64,000 nt of DNA from Bacteroidota bacterium (GCA_013298545.1 JAAFIA010000004.1:26832-90831), one strand, 5' to 3'. Shown: positions 28,941-39,078, counted from the stretch's first letter. Made by a program: numbers and translations. Notes: generated by a model not told the origin, from the sequence alone.

Positions 28941-29031
28941 TGAAATGGGGAAAAAACAAGTGCACTATTTCAGCAAAAAGGCGCATAACAATTCCGAGGC
29001 TTCGGAACAAAGGATAAAATTTAAACAGGCT

Positions 29032-29940
29032 CTAATAGATAGAAAACTTGTTGTACGGCAAGTTTAAGCTATCACCAACCAATAGGGTAAAGGCTCTTTT
29101 AAAATTCGCATTCAGATCTTTCACAAAAGCCTCCTTAAAAGCCTCTTGAGCAAAAAAATCGCCTTTGCTTGCTTTGAATCGAAGTTCTTCAGAACTGCCA
29201 AATGTCAATGGAAGAGCAGCAACAAAGGCATTGTTCTTTAGATCATATATGATGAGGCAACCAATCACTTCCTCACCCTTGTAGGTGCCATCTATTCCGC
29301 TATTCGATTCGTCATCAAAATTGAAATTTGCTTTATCCTTTTTAAGAAAATCGAGCTCATTGTCCTTCATGCGACAAAATACATGCAAATATCTTTGCTG
29401 TTCAAACGAAGCAATCTCCTCCGCTTGGAATTCCATAGAACTCATTATGTCTAATCGATCCCGAGTTTCTTTCACAAAAGAAGTATCGTTATAGGGGTAG
29501 CTGGACCATTCGTACGGTATTGCTTCTATCCAAGGCCAACTGACACACAAGCGTATGGTGTCTTTCTGAAAATCATGTGCAGCGGCGTACATCACTTCGT
29601 ATGGAAAGAGCTTGAAATCGAATAGTGCATCGCGTGTTTTTTCTTGTAGCCAGGTTTTATAAGCATCCATTTCGCCACGTTTTATAAAAAGCGAGTCAGT
29701 ATCAACCCGCTCAATATCCCGATATATTCGGCCAATACGCAGAAAAAAATCATCCAGCACTTTTTTGTTTTTCGGATAATTTAAACGATTCTTTTGATCC
29801 TCCACCTCCCATTTTTTTCTATCCACTACTATATCCGCCATACGTCTCTCGTCTTGTCGTTTCAAATACCAAGGGATCAAGGCACAACTTGCCAGAAGGA
29901 GGAAAAGAAAAATAAGACCAATTTTATTTGCCATAATCAA
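29032..29940 (-). CDS. hypothetical membrane-anchored protein (302 aa)
   Basis: N-terminal TM/signal anchor (IGLIFLFLLLASCALIPWYL). No recognisable catalytic motif. Confidence 0.55.
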   Translation of the reverse strand: MIMANKIGLIFLFLLLASCALIPWYLKRQDERRMADIVVDRKKWEVEDQKNRLNYPKNKKVLDDFFLRIGRIYRDIERVDTDSLFIKRGEMDAYKTWLQEKTRDALFDFKLFPYEVMYAAAHDFQKDTIRLCVSWPWIEAIPYEWSSYPYNDTSFVKETRDRLDIMSSMEFQAEEIASFEQQRYLHVFCRMKDNELDFLKKDKANFNFDDESNSGIDGTYKGEEVIGCLIIYDLKNNAFVAALPLTFGSSEELRFKASKGDFFAQEAFKEAFVKDLNANFKRAFTLLVGDSLNLPYNKFSIY

Positions 29941-30014
29941 AACTAAGCAGAATAAAGAAGAAACAAAAAACGCGCCTTGAAAGAGACGCGTTTTTTTGAG
30001 TAGAATGATTTTTT

Positions 30015-30989
30015 TTATTCCAATGTCATTACTGTTGAGCCAATGGTCGTGCCTTCCATGTTGATCTCAATGATGTATTTGCCGGGCAAAAACTCATCTT
30101 CTTCACGTGCTTTTGGGCAAGAGACCAAAACACTCATGGGCTGGTTGTTGTAGTCGATTGTTTTTTTAGCGGCATAAAATCCAGTCGAGCCATTGAATGA
30201 AAAGAGGTGATCTTGATCTTCCGATTTGGTCAACTCTTTTCCGTCAGGAGTCATGACACGAATAAAAAACACTTTTGGTCCAGCTTGTGTGAGTTTGTTT
30301 TCGGCCACATCAAAGGTTACACGAATTTTATCTACTTTTTTGGCTTTGCTCGTTTCGCTTTCTTTTTTGCCACCATTGCGCGTGCTAATCCCAACGGCTT
30401 TGGCATTGAGCGTGGTCAACAACGAAGCTTGGTCAATTCTCTTTTTGAGGGCATTTTTATCGCCTTCAATTTTTTCGCTTTTTACTTTTTCGTCATCCAA
30501 CGTTGTCTGTAAGGTTTTTTTCTCGTCGATGAGTTTTCCGTTGAGGATATTGAGCGAGTCAATGGTGCGGATATAACCTTTCATAATCTCGCGAAGCGTT
30601 TGTGTTTCGCGTTTGAGTTTGGCAATATATCCCGCATCGTTTTTATGCTTTTCGGCATCAACAAGCAACTGAGCAATCAATGCTTTTTTCTCTTCGAGTT
30701 CTTTAGAAAGTGTGGCGTCCGAAGTTTCGAGCGCAGCATATTGTTTTTGCAAATCTTCGAGATCGCTCTTGACATCATTGCGCTCAACAACCACCTGTTT
30801 GATTGTTACGTCCTGATTGTGCGCAAGTGTCTGTACTTCGCGGAATTTGAAAAAAAGCAAGCCGCTAAGTCCTAGCAGAATAAAAATAATGGTTAGGTAA
30901 ATAGCATGCAGCTTTTTGTTGCTGCGTTGTTCGGTTTGAGGTGTGTTGTCCATGATTTTTCGGATACAGAAACTAGTTTTGCTATTCAT
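30015..30989 (-). CDS. hypothetical coiled-coil membrane protein (324 aa)
   Basis: One TM helix (LHAIYLTIIFILLGLSGLLFF) followed by a long heptad-rich, K/E-rich segment. C-terminal beta-rich domain. Confidence 0.6.
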   Translation of the reverse strand: MNSKTSFCIRKIMDNTPQTEQRSNKKLHAIYLTIIFILLGLSGLLFFKFREVQTLAHNQDVTIKQVVVERNDVKSDLEDLQKQYAALETSDATLSKELEEKKALIAQLLVDAEKHKNDAGYIAKLKRETQTLREIMKGYIRTIDSLNILNGKLIDEKKTLQTTLDDEKVKSEKIEGDKNALKKRIDQASLLTTLNAKAVGISTRNGGKKESETSKAKKVDKIRVTFDVAENKLTQAGPKVFFIRVMTPDGKELTKSEDQDHLFSFNGSTGFYAAKKTIDYNNQPMSVLVSCPKAREEDEFLPGKYIIEINMEGTTIGSTVMTLE

Positions 30990-31032
30990 GCAAAGATTAT
31001 TCCTAGTTTTCCGGTTACAAAGTTAGCGGTTT

Positions 31033-31749
31033 ATGTCGAGTGAAACGAAATCAAATTTTCTACAATCCAGTTGGTCAGATTTTATTGGCTTAATCTGGCC
31101 CGAATGCTGCGGAGCTTGCGGATTGGGATTGCTTCGGCAGGAAAAAACACTGTGTAGCAATTGCCGCATGTCGTTGCCGCAAACTGCCGACTGGCAGCAT
31201 GCCGACAATCCTACTGCCCGAAAGTTTTGGGGCCGTGTTCCACTTCGAGCCGCCGCAGCCATGTATGTGTTTCGGAAAGAAGGGGAAGTTCAACAATTGA
31301 TTCACAACCTGAAGTACAAACACCGCGAAGATGTGGGCTTGCTCGTAGGCCGAATGCTTGCTGCGCGTATTCAACAATGTTCACATTTCGAAGGTATAAC
31401 GGCTATTGTGCCTGTTCCATTGCATCCGTCAAAAGAAAAAAGACGCGGATACAACCAATCCGAAGTTATTGCTCGTGGTATGGCAGCAGTTTTAGGCGTT
31501 CCTGTTTTTGCCCACGCGCTACGCCGCCGCACAGACAGCAACTCGCTTACCCACCTCGGACGCATTGAGCGTTGGGAACACATTGAACAGGTTTTTGAAG
31601 CCACGCCAACGCATGACCTCCGCAAACACCATATTTTATTGGTCGATGATGTTATTACTACTGGCGCAACCCTCGAAGCCTGCGCCGCCGCATTGCTTCG
31701 TCACGAAGGCGTTTCGGTAAGTGTTGCCGCCCTCGCCGCCGCAGTTTAG
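31033..31749 (+). CDS. comF: ComF family protein (phosphoribosyltransferase-domain competence protein ComFC-like)
   Basis: N-terminal 4-Cys zinc finger (CCGACG...CSNC). C-terminal PRTase motif ILLVDDVITTGATL. Confidence 0.8.
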   Translation: MSSETKSNFLQSSWSDFIGLIWPECCGACGLGLLRQEKTLCSNCRMSLPQTADWQHADNPTARKFWGRVPLRAAAAMYVFRKEGEVQQLIHNLKYKHREDVGLLVGRMLAARIQQCSHFEGITAIVPVPLHPSKEKRRGYNQSEVIARGMAAVLGVPVFAHALRRRTDSNSLTHLGRIERWEHIEQVFEATPTHDLRKHHILLVDDVITTGATLEACAAALLRHEGVSVSVAALAAAV

Positions 31750-31792
31750 TATTGCTCTCAAGCCACATAATCTTCGCGCAGTTGGCGAATTT

Positions 31793-31857
31793 GGAATTGG
31801 TGAGTTGTTGAATTGGCAAATTTGTGAATCACCAATTCAACAACTCACCAATTCACC
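31793..31857. repeat. palindromic intergenic element (family copy E2)
   Basis: ggaattggtgagttgttgaattgg ... ccaattcaacaactcaccaattc: a perfect 23-bp inverted repeat with a 15-nt loop, followed by accaaact. Lies ~45 bp downstream of the comF stop. Confidence 0.7.
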
Positions 31858-31967
31858 AAACTAAAGGCAAACCCACGCTCTCCGCACTTCGCTCTGTTTC
31901 TCTTACAGTATTGCGTTTCATGTCTCAAATCTGTGAACAGGGTTTATTACCTTTACCGCCTCAAACG

Positions 31968-32477
31968 ATGGCAGAAACAATTCTTGTTCAAGGAACAACC
32001 AAACCCGAACGGTATGCTGCGCTCATGCCCCAATTGGCCGCGCTTACCGAAACCGAAACCGACTGGATTGCCAATGTGTCCAATGTGGTTGCCGCTTTAC
32101 GGCAGACCTTCGGATTTTTTTGGGTCGGTTTGTATTGCGTAAAACCAGTTGGTGAAGGACAAGAACTTGTGCTTGGGCCATTTCAAGGACCGATTGCCTG
32201 CACACGAATCGCACTGGGGCGCGGTGTTTGCGGGGCGGCTTGGGCACAGAAAAAAACAATACGTGTTCCCGATGTGGAGCAATTTCCCGGACACATTGCG
32301 TGTAGCTCAGAATCAAAATCGGAAATCGTTATTCCCGGATTTAATACCGATGGACAAGTCGTTTTTGTCCTCGATGTCGATAGCGATCGGTTAAATGATT
32401 TTGACGAATCGGATCAACGTGGACTGGAAGAAGTTGTTGGCTTGCTCGAAATGTTATACCGTAAAACACATGGATAA
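31968..32477 (+). CDS. GAF-domain protein, free methionine-(R)-sulfoxide reductase (YebR/fRMsr-like)
   Basis: WIANVSN..ALRQTFGFFWVGLY...LVLGPFQGPIACTRIALGRGVCGAAW...GHIACSSESKSEIVIP..VLDVDS aligns collinearly with E. coli YebR/MsrC. Start chosen at MAETIL (31968); upstream in-frame starts (31824, 31920) are possible. Confidence 0.75.
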   Translation: MAETILVQGTTKPERYAALMPQLAALTETETDWIANVSNVVAALRQTFGFFWVGLYCVKPVGEGQELVLGPFQGPIACTRIALGRGVCGAAWAQKKTIRVPDVEQFPGHIACSSESKSEIVIPGFNTDGQVVFVLDVDSDRLNDFDESDQRGLEEVVGLLEMLYRKTHG

Positions 32478-34098
32478 GCTAAAAAAAACACTTATCCCGC
32501 TTTTACTTTTCTTGGCATCCTGCGCACAAGTTATTGCGCCCGATGGCGGTGGCGCAGACCGAACACCCCCGCGCCCTGTTGCTTATTTGCCCGATAGTGC
32601 TGCAACAAATTTCACAGGCAAAAAAATTGTTATTCGTTTTGATGAATACATTCAATTGCAAAATGTGATTGACCAAGTTGTTATTTCACCACCGATGAAT
32701 AATGCGCCCGAAATATCCGTTCGCAAAAAAGATGTGGTGGTTGAATTTTTCGATACGCTTCGGCCCAACACAACATACACGATAAATTTTGGTTCGGCAA
32801 TCCGCGACATTACAGAAAACAACAAACTCGAAAATTTCACATACGTTTTTTCCACAGGACCAGCAATTGATACGTTGCGGGTTGCGGGTCAGGTACGCAA
32901 TGCCTTCACACTTGGTGCAGAAAAAAATGTGTTGGTTATGTTGTATGCCGATTTGCAAGATTCGGCCCCGCTAAAAAACAAACCCTATTATTTTTCCAAA
33001 ACCCGCGAAGATGGCTCGTTCCGCATGACCAACTTGCGTGCCGGAAAATACCGTGTGTTTGGATTGGTCGATGCAAACTTCAATTACCTGTACGATAACG
33101 AAGAAGAAAAAATTGCATTTGGAGATTCCATCATCACGCTTACCGAAAACATCGACACATTGGCCTTGCGTTTGTTCTTGCCCGAAACCAAAAAAGTATC
33201 GATCAAAAAAGTAACGCAACCTTATCCAAACCGCATTGTTTTTGAACTCAACAAGCCCGACGCAAAAACAGACATCCAATTTTCAACGACCATTCCAGAT
33301 GATGTGAAAATGCGTGTCGAAAAAAGTAGGAGCGGAGATAGCATTTCTGTTTTTCTCAATAAAGTATTTACCGATACGCTTCGTGTAAAATTGGTACGCG
33401 AAAAAGAAATTCTCGATTCAACGGAAGTACAATTGTTCAACGCGAGCGACAAGCGATTCAAGGCGCGGGCTGGTTTGTTGGAAATGCGCAAGCTACAAAT
33501 CACAACCAATGGCAATGGCGCAAAACCGTTTGATTTGGGCGACACGTTGCAACTCTATACAAATAATCCAATTGCAACGTTTGACGCAAACCGCATTCGC
33601 TTGATTCATCGAACCGATACGCTTGCTATAAAAACAAGCATCGACCCGACAACGTTGCGCCGAGTGTTTATTCCGTTCAATCTCGAAGAAGACAGCGCAT
33701 ATACCTTGTACATCCTTCCCGGTGCGATGACCGACTGGTTTGGGCAGAAGAACGATACATTAAAGAAAAAATTTGTGGTGCAACGTGCCGGATTTTATGG
33801 CAACTTGACGGTAAAAACACAAGGCTTGAAAACAGGAAATCCGGCCATTATTCAATTGATAGGTGAAAATGGGAAAGTGGTTGCAACGCGAAAAATAAGT
33901 GCCGATGAAAAACTGGTATTCAACCGACTTGCTCCGGGCCAATACAGTTTGCGGTTGATTAACGATGCGAATGGCGATGGCGATTGGGATTCGGGCAATT
34001 ATTTGGCGGGTTTGCAGCCTGAACGTGTTCGTTTTTATAATGCAGCCATCAAAGTGCGCTCGGGTTGGGATTTGGATGTGGAGTGGAAGGGGCTTTGA
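32470..34098 (+). CDS. hypothetical lipoprotein with Ig-like/beta-sandwich domains (543 aa)
   Basis: MDKLKKTLIPLLLFLASC signal plus lipobox. Overlaps the upstream stop by 8 bp. No catalytic motif. Likely a Bacteroidota-specific family. Confidence 0.7.
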   Translation: MDKLKKTLIPLLLFLASCAQVIAPDGGGADRTPPRPVAYLPDSAATNFTGKKIVIRFDEYIQLQNVIDQVVISPPMNNAPEISVRKKDVVVEFFDTLRPNTTYTINFGSAIRDITENNKLENFTYVFSTGPAIDTLRVAGQVRNAFTLGAEKNVLVMLYADLQDSAPLKNKPYYFSKTREDGSFRMTNLRAGKYRVFGLVDANFNYLYDNEEEKIAFGDSIITLTENIDTLALRLFLPETKKVSIKKVTQPYPNRIVFELNKPDAKTDIQFSTTIPDDVKMRVEKSRSGDSISVFLNKVFTDTLRVKLVREKEILDSTEVQLFNASDKRFKARAGLLEMRKLQITTNGNGAKPFDLGDTLQLYTNNPIATFDANRIRLIHRTDTLAIKTSIDPTTLRRVFIPFNLEEDSAYTLYILPGAMTDWFGQKNDTLKKKFVVQRAGFYGNLTVKTQGLKTGNPAIIQLIGENGKVVATRKISADEKLVFNRLAPGQYSLRLINDANGDGDWDSGNYLAGLQPERVRFYNAAIKVRSGWDLDVEWKGL

Positions 34099-34116
34099 TC
34101 TCGAAAACAAAAACAG

Positions 34117-34584
34117 ATGACCAACTTTTCGATTGAATTAGTTTTGCCTGAACACCACGAATGGGTTGAAACAATCGCTTCGTGGTATTTAGAAGAATGG
34201 AATATCGCAATTGAAACGACGCGAAAAAAAATGGAGGCGCATGAAAATATTGGTGTTCCGTTTCAATTGCTCTTGTTGGCTGACGGCGTTCCGGTTGCAA
34301 CGGGAGGTGTTTATACGCACGTTGGTCTGTTGGATCGGGAGCCGCGTTTCAACATTCACCCGCATTGGTTGGCATTGGTTTATACGGTTCCGGCATATCG
34401 CGGAAAAGGATTGGGGGCAATGTTGTGTAAGGAGATTGAGCAGCATGCAAAAAAGCAGGGATTGAACAAGCTTGTTTTGTTTACACACACAGCCGAGTCG
34501 TTGTATGTGCGGCTGGGCTGGGGAGAACTGGAGCGTTTGGAAGTGGGGGGTAGGCGCATTGTGATTATGCAAAAAACACTTTAG
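34117..34584 (+). CDS. GNAT family N-acetyltransferase
   Basis: Acetyl-CoA-binding motif: VYTVPAYRGKGLGAMLCKEIEQHAKKQG. Confidence 0.8.
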   Translation: MTNFSIELVLPEHHEWVETIASWYLEEWNIAIETTRKKMEAHENIGVPFQLLLLADGVPVATGGVYTHVGLLDREPRFNIHPHWLALVYTVPAYRGKGLGAMLCKEIEQHAKKQGLNKLVLFTHTAESLYVRLGWGELERLEVGGRRIVIMQKTL

Positions 34585-34745
34585 GTATTTGCGGAGTAAA
34601 AACGTTGTTTTGCACAAAGGCTTAGGCATAAAATCAAAAAAGTCCCGATTTCTCGGGACTGATTTGTTGGCAAACACATGAAACACATGTAAAGAGAAGA
34701 ACGGCTTTCGGAGAAAACTCGCCCTTCAGGAGTACGATTTAAAAC

Positions 34746-34919
34746 TCAGCAGGCGTTGTTGCTGAGGACCGGAAGTGTTTTAACTTCCGAATAGCGCTTT
34801 TTAGCCTTGTGCGAGCGTGTGCTCTTGTGGCTACCCTGATATGCTCCGCAATCTTCGCCGCCTTTGCAAGATGCCAAACCAAACATAACGAGACCTGCGA
34901 GAACGAATACACGTACCAT
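34746..34919 (-). CDS. small hypothetical lipoprotein (~57 aa)
   Basis: The internal start gives MVRVFVLAGLVMFGLASC (lipoprotein signal). A terminator hairpin agtcccg-atttct-cgggact (34640-34660) follows. Short, so uncertain. Confidence 0.4.
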   Translation of the reverse strand: MVRVFVLAGLVMFGLASCKGGEDCGAYQGSHKSTRSHKAKKRYSEVKTLPVLSNNAC

Positions 34920-35194
34920 ACCAGCCTTTTTATTCGTAATGATTTGATTGACAGTCTTTTTCATTTTCTAGAGCGTTTTGGGTTGAACTGATTTATTGCG
35001 CTTTCTGATAATAAGGGAAGAGAAAAGCAAAATTCCACACAGAAAATGAAAATATTTTTTTTATCCCTTCAAATTATGGAAAATCGGCCCTTTCTACCCT
35101 TTTGTTTAAGAAAGATTTGGTGGATTAGAAAATACGTTATATATTGTGCTTGGCAAATTCAAACACAATTAGTTTCACGTGTAAAACCGTTTAC

Positions 35195-35774
35195 TGTGAA
35201 GATTCGTTTTTTCTGGTCTAAAAAAGAGACCGACCTGACCGATCAGGAGCTGATCGAGCAGTACAAGCAATCCACGAATTCGTGGTATGCAGGCGAGTTG
35301 TTCCGCCGTTACACCCAGTTGATCACTGCGGTAGCTTACAACTACATGCAGAACGAGGTAGAAACAGAAGACGTCGTTATGGAAGTCTTTGAAATCATTC
35401 TCCGCGATCTGCAACACCATGAGGTCAACAACTTTAAAACGTGGGTGTATAGTGTTACCAAACACCACTGTCTGAAGAAACTTCGCAAAGACAGCAAGGA
35501 AGTGGTTGACGTGGAAAATGCACTCCGGCATATTGCTGTTGACGAGACACCAAAGACAGAAGCCGTCCGACTCGAAGAGCGGATCGAGCAACTCGAACAG
35601 GCCGTTACCAAACTTTCTTTGGAACAAAAGAAATGTATTGAACTCTTTTACTTCAAGCAAAAGAGCTACAAAGAAGTTTCTGACCTCACCGGGTATTCGG
35701 TGAACGAAGTTAAAAGCTACCTGCAAAACGGGAAACGTAACCTCAAAGGTTATTTGGAGAAAGCGGAAGTATGA
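35195..35774 (+). CDS. RNA polymerase ECF-type sigma-70 factor
   Basis: Region 2 (LIEQYKQ...AGELFRRYTQLITAVAYNYM..DVVMEVFEII) and region 4 (KCIELFYFKQKSYKEVSDLTGYSVNEVKSYL). The first 50 residues of the track ORF (ATG 35046) look non-native; a GTG at 35195 is a plausible start. Start uncertain. Confidence 0.8.
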
Positions 35775-36865
35775 CGCCTGCAGAACTTAAACGGATCTTT
35801 CAAAACGGCGAATGCCTTTCGCTCGAAACGATGCGTCTTTACCAAAGCAGCAAACTCTCTTCAAAGAGTATGCACGAGGTAGAGAAACATTTGCTCGAGT
35901 GTGGCCTTTGTGCGTCGGCATTGGAAGGTTTGTCGCCCAAAAACAAGGCGGCTATCGATAAAGTTTCTACACACATTCAACGTCGGCTTGCTATTTATAT
36001 GAATACGCCGCCGCGCCTTTCTTTTTTTCAACGATACGGATTTACGTTAGCCTCCCTCGCACTTATTCTTGCCATCGGAGGAGGCGTTTGGATTTACCAA
36101 TCAACCAAAACCAATACGCCAGACCGAATCGATACGGCTCAGGTTTCTCCCCCCGCACAAACCCCTCCGCCCCAAAATCCTTCTTCGAATACGGATGATC
36201 GACCGGAAGCTCCGGTCGATTTTGCTTCTACACAAACGCAAACAACCGTTACAACATCCGAATTTACTGCCCCAACCGCACACATCGCCCCACCAGACAA
36301 ACAAAAGAATCCGCTACCCCTCCAACAAAACACCAAAGAAAATAAAACACAAACCAACCCCGAACCGCTAAAAGCACAAGCCCCTACCGAATCGCATACC
36401 GCAAACAGTAACCCTACAGAAGGACCTAACACACGCGTAGCCGCCCCCGCGCCCCTACGCATGAAAAGCGTTATCGTACTCAATAAAGTAGAACACACCA
36501 CCCGCTCGGCCCGCGATGCCAGTTCTGGAAGCAGCGGACAACTCGGCAAAAGCACCAAAAGCAACGGCGGTTTTCAACTCGATGAAATGCCCCAGTTTCC
36601 TGGCGGCGATGCTGCTTTGCGCGAATATGTTTTGTCAAATTTCAAAATGCCCGGAACAGACCGTGCAAAACTCTCCCGCTTGGCAACCGGAATTACATTT
36701 GTCGTAAACGCAAAAACAGGTGAAATTTCCGACGTCGTACTCAATTACTCCATATCCCCCGAAATCGACGCAGAACTTATTCGCGTTGTTAAAGCCATGC
36801 CACGCTGGAATCCCGGATCGCGCCGCGGTTCTATTGATGTGATTCTTGGAATAACACTCGAATAA
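35771..36865 (+). CDS. anti-sigma factor with zinc-finger N-domain, one TM helix, Pro-rich linker and C-terminal TonB-C domain
   Basis: ATGA overlap with the sigma gene. N-terminal HLLECGLC zinc-finger-type anti-sigma motif. TM FTLASLALILAIGGGVWIY. PPAQTPPPQNP linker. C-terminal FPGGDAALREYVLSNFKMP...GITFVVNAKTGEISDVVL TonB C-terminal fold. Confidence 0.75.
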   Translation: MTPAELKRIFQNGECLSLETMRLYQSSKLSSKSMHEVEKHLLECGLCASALEGLSPKNKAAIDKVSTHIQRRLAIYMNTPPRLSFFQRYGFTLASLALILAIGGGVWIYQSTKTNTPDRIDTAQVSPPAQTPPPQNPSSNTDDRPEAPVDFASTQTQTTVTTSEFTAPTAHIAPPDKQKNPLPLQQNTKENKTQTNPEPLKAQAPTESHTANSNPTEGPNTRVAAPAPLRMKSVIVLNKVEHTTRSARDASSGSSGQLGKSTKSNGGFQLDEMPQFPGGDAALREYVLSNFKMPGTDRAKLSRLATGITFVVNAKTGEISDVVLNYSISPEIDAELIRVVKAMPRWNPGSRRGSIDVILGITLE

Positions 36866-36917
36866 ATCCCCTTCCGCTTGACTGCTGGAAATTTCGCACA
36901 ACAACAACGTTGCTCAA

Positions 36918-38462
36918 TTACGCACTAGCTTTCGCGTTTTCGTGAATGAAATCACGCATGGGACGATTTTCGAGGCGATGGCGCGCCCAAATCTCAAACT
37001 CTTCAATACCCACCAACCGTGATCCTGAACCTTCCCGTAACGAGGTCAACGAATCCAACAACTCCTTGAAAATCTCTGGGTATTCGCTCGGACGACTATC
37101 CGTAAGTTGGCGCAAACATTTAAAAATAAACGCCTCAAATCCGAACGATGCATTTTGCTGATTAAACAAACGTTTCACCGAACGGTAACTGTATTCCAAT
37201 AAATCATGCTTTCCTGTTTCAAAAAACAAAACCAACTGAATCAAACGCGCCAAATGTTGTAAATCAATCCGCGCATCTGTTTTTCCATCCTGAATAATTT
37301 TATTGATCCACTCCAGCGAAGCTTTGAAATTCTCTTTCAAAAAGAGCAACAAACCAATATTGTAATAAAAGGCCAATTCCCGCGCCTTATTAATTTTGGT
37401 GCGGTATATTTTCATTCCCTTTTCAATTTCGGGAAGTAAGCTAATGGCGTAATCCATTTTATCGCAATTCATACAATAGAGTAATTCCATGTAGTACGTG
37501 TTTTGGAATTTCTCCGCCTCTTCCTCTTCCGAATTGCAATTCAGATTTTTATATGCTTCTAATGTTTCCGCAAAACTATCGAAATTGCCTCGGTTGAAAC
37601 ACGCATTCAGGTAATTGGATAAACTGATTTGGTACATGATACCATCTTCCAACTTGCGGTGCTCAAACCGATCCCAAAGCGCAAGCAACTCTTTTTGACA
37701 CGAATACGCTTCATCAAAAGAACCAATACCTTGAAAATAATTTTGTTGTGTGATCAAGTAATTGTATTGCAACTCAAACGAATTTTGATCAGGAACACGA
37801 TTAAATAATTCATGCTTTGCTAAACGTTGAAAAAAATCTTGATGTGCTTCGTCTTTTGAATACGATTTATGCCGCAAGCGCATAAAACTCTGGCAACGCA
37901 TTTGCGAACGAGTGGTGTACTCATTAAACTTTTCTTGCACCACACCAATCTCCGCATTGATCTCGTCCGTTGCAATAACAATATCTTTAGTTGTTCGTTC
38001 AAGAACAGTATTCCGCTCCAAAAAGAGAATCTCCAACAACATGGTAAACTTTTCGTATTCGTAAGCCAATTTCTTTGCACGCTGCAGTTCTTTGTCGCAG
38101 AGATCATACAAGCGTTTTTCAATCAGAAAACGAATGTCGAGCATGGCCTCTTTGAGTTGCTTATCCACCGATTTTTCGGAGTGGAATGTACGCATGCTCT
38201 TGAGGACAAAATTATAGAGGTAGTTTTTCTCGGAAGAAATATGGCGAGAAGGAATCTGCTTTTTAAGTTTCTCTTCATTATGTTCCGCCATAGCCAAAAC
38301 AGCATCAAAAAGACGCATGTACTTGTTCTGTTCGCCAATCAAATGTTTTGAGGCAAAAATTTTCACATACCGCTTCTCGGCTTGCGAGAGGCTGTGTAAC
38401 AGGCGATGAAGGTCGTCCGTTGCTTTCATAGCACAACTACTTTGTAAATCGAACTCAAACAT
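36918..38462 (-). CDS. hypothetical all-helical (TPR-like) protein, 514 aa
   Basis: No signal peptide. Repeated amphipathic helix pairs throughout. Divergent from the Cys-rich protein gene. Possible start at MKATDD (38429). Confidence 0.55.
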   Translation of the reverse strand: MFEFDLQSSCAMKATDDLHRLLHSLSQAEKRYVKIFASKHLIGEQNKYMRLFDAVLAMAEHNEEKLKKQIPSRHISSEKNYLYNFVLKSMRTFHSEKSVDKQLKEAMLDIRFLIEKRLYDLCDKELQRAKKLAYEYEKFTMLLEILFLERNTVLERTTKDIVIATDEINAEIGVVQEKFNEYTTRSQMRCQSFMRLRHKSYSKDEAHQDFFQRLAKHELFNRVPDQNSFELQYNYLITQQNYFQGIGSFDEAYSCQKELLALWDRFEHRKLEDGIMYQISLSNYLNACFNRGNFDSFAETLEAYKNLNCNSEEEEAEKFQNTYYMELLYCMNCDKMDYAISLLPEIEKGMKIYRTKINKARELAFYYNIGLLLFLKENFKASLEWINKIIQDGKTDARIDLQHLARLIQLVLFFETGKHDLLEYSYRSVKRLFNQQNASFGFEAFIFKCLRQLTDSRPSEYPEIFKELLDSLTSLREGSGSRLVGIEEFEIWARHRLENRPMRDFIHENAKASA

Positions 38463-38619
38463 AGTAATTATTTGCGGACAAGAGATTTAGAGCTAAGACT
38501 GTAATATTTGACTTCCAAGAATGACAAAAAATCTTGTCGTTTTTTTCTGCGACTTTTTCAGATTTCTTGCGTAGAAGACCCAAACAATAAATTATTCACC
38601 CTAAAAAAAGACCCAAATT

Positions 38620-39078
38620 ATGCCAACCCTACCCGTACGCTACCCCATGGGGCAATTTACCATTGTGTTTTTCAAGCAATACCGTCAGCTCGGTATATTT
38701 AGTTTTGAAACGAACAGCATTACAGCCATCCACTCATTAACCAACGGACGAAAAATTTCGATTGACACCTCAACAAACGAATTGGTCCTAGACACCGCAC
38801 CCACAGGAACATTTTTTAAAACAATGTATAGCATGGACAATGCCTCCATTGCTTTGTCAGATTGTTGTTTGATTGTTGGTACTGGCGATGGACGTGGTGG
38901 CACAGCATTTACAGATACTTACACCCTGACCAACGCATCAAGTTGCCCAACCGTAATTATCAAATGTGATACCGCTAACCAATTATCTATTTCTACCGCT
39001 TGTGGAGATGCATCATGCTCCCTTCCAAAAACAGAATGCAAATCGCATACTGCTGTTAATGCGAATAGCTACAATTAA
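38620..39078 (+). CDS. hypothetical Cys/Thr/Ser-rich protein (152 aa), no signal peptide
   Basis: The C-terminal 70 aa are low-complexity with 8 Cys (SDCCLIVGTGDGRGGTAF...SSCPTVIIKCDTANQLSISTACGDASCSLPKTECKSH). The N-terminal half is beta-rich. Confidence 0.5.
   Translation: MPTLPVRYPMGQFTIVFFKQYRQLGIFSFETNSITAIHSLTNGRKISIDTSTNELVLDTAPTGTFFKTMYSMDNASIALSDCCLIVGTGDGRGGTAFTDTYTLTNASSCPTVIIKCDTANQLSISTACGDASCSLPKTECKSHTAVNANSYN

Noticed and set aside
28420-29031. tmRNA / RNase P RNA / SRP RNA in the 600-bp gap
   Set aside because: None of the hallmark motifs were found: tmRNA 5' GGGG...3' TTCGA..CCA with an ANDN-tag ORF, RNase P GGAAAGUCCGG / AGGGUGAAA blocks, SRP domain IV GGAAG..AGCAG. The only tRNA-like fold is the separate tRNA-Cys.
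36069-36564. ORFs 36069..36371 (+), 36101..36304 (-), 36139..36564 (-) inside the anti-sigma gene
   Set aside because: They lie within the GC- and Pro-codon-rich linker of the 35771..36865 gene, and alternative-frame ORFs are expected there. The host frame carries the zinc-finger, TM and TonB-C domains.
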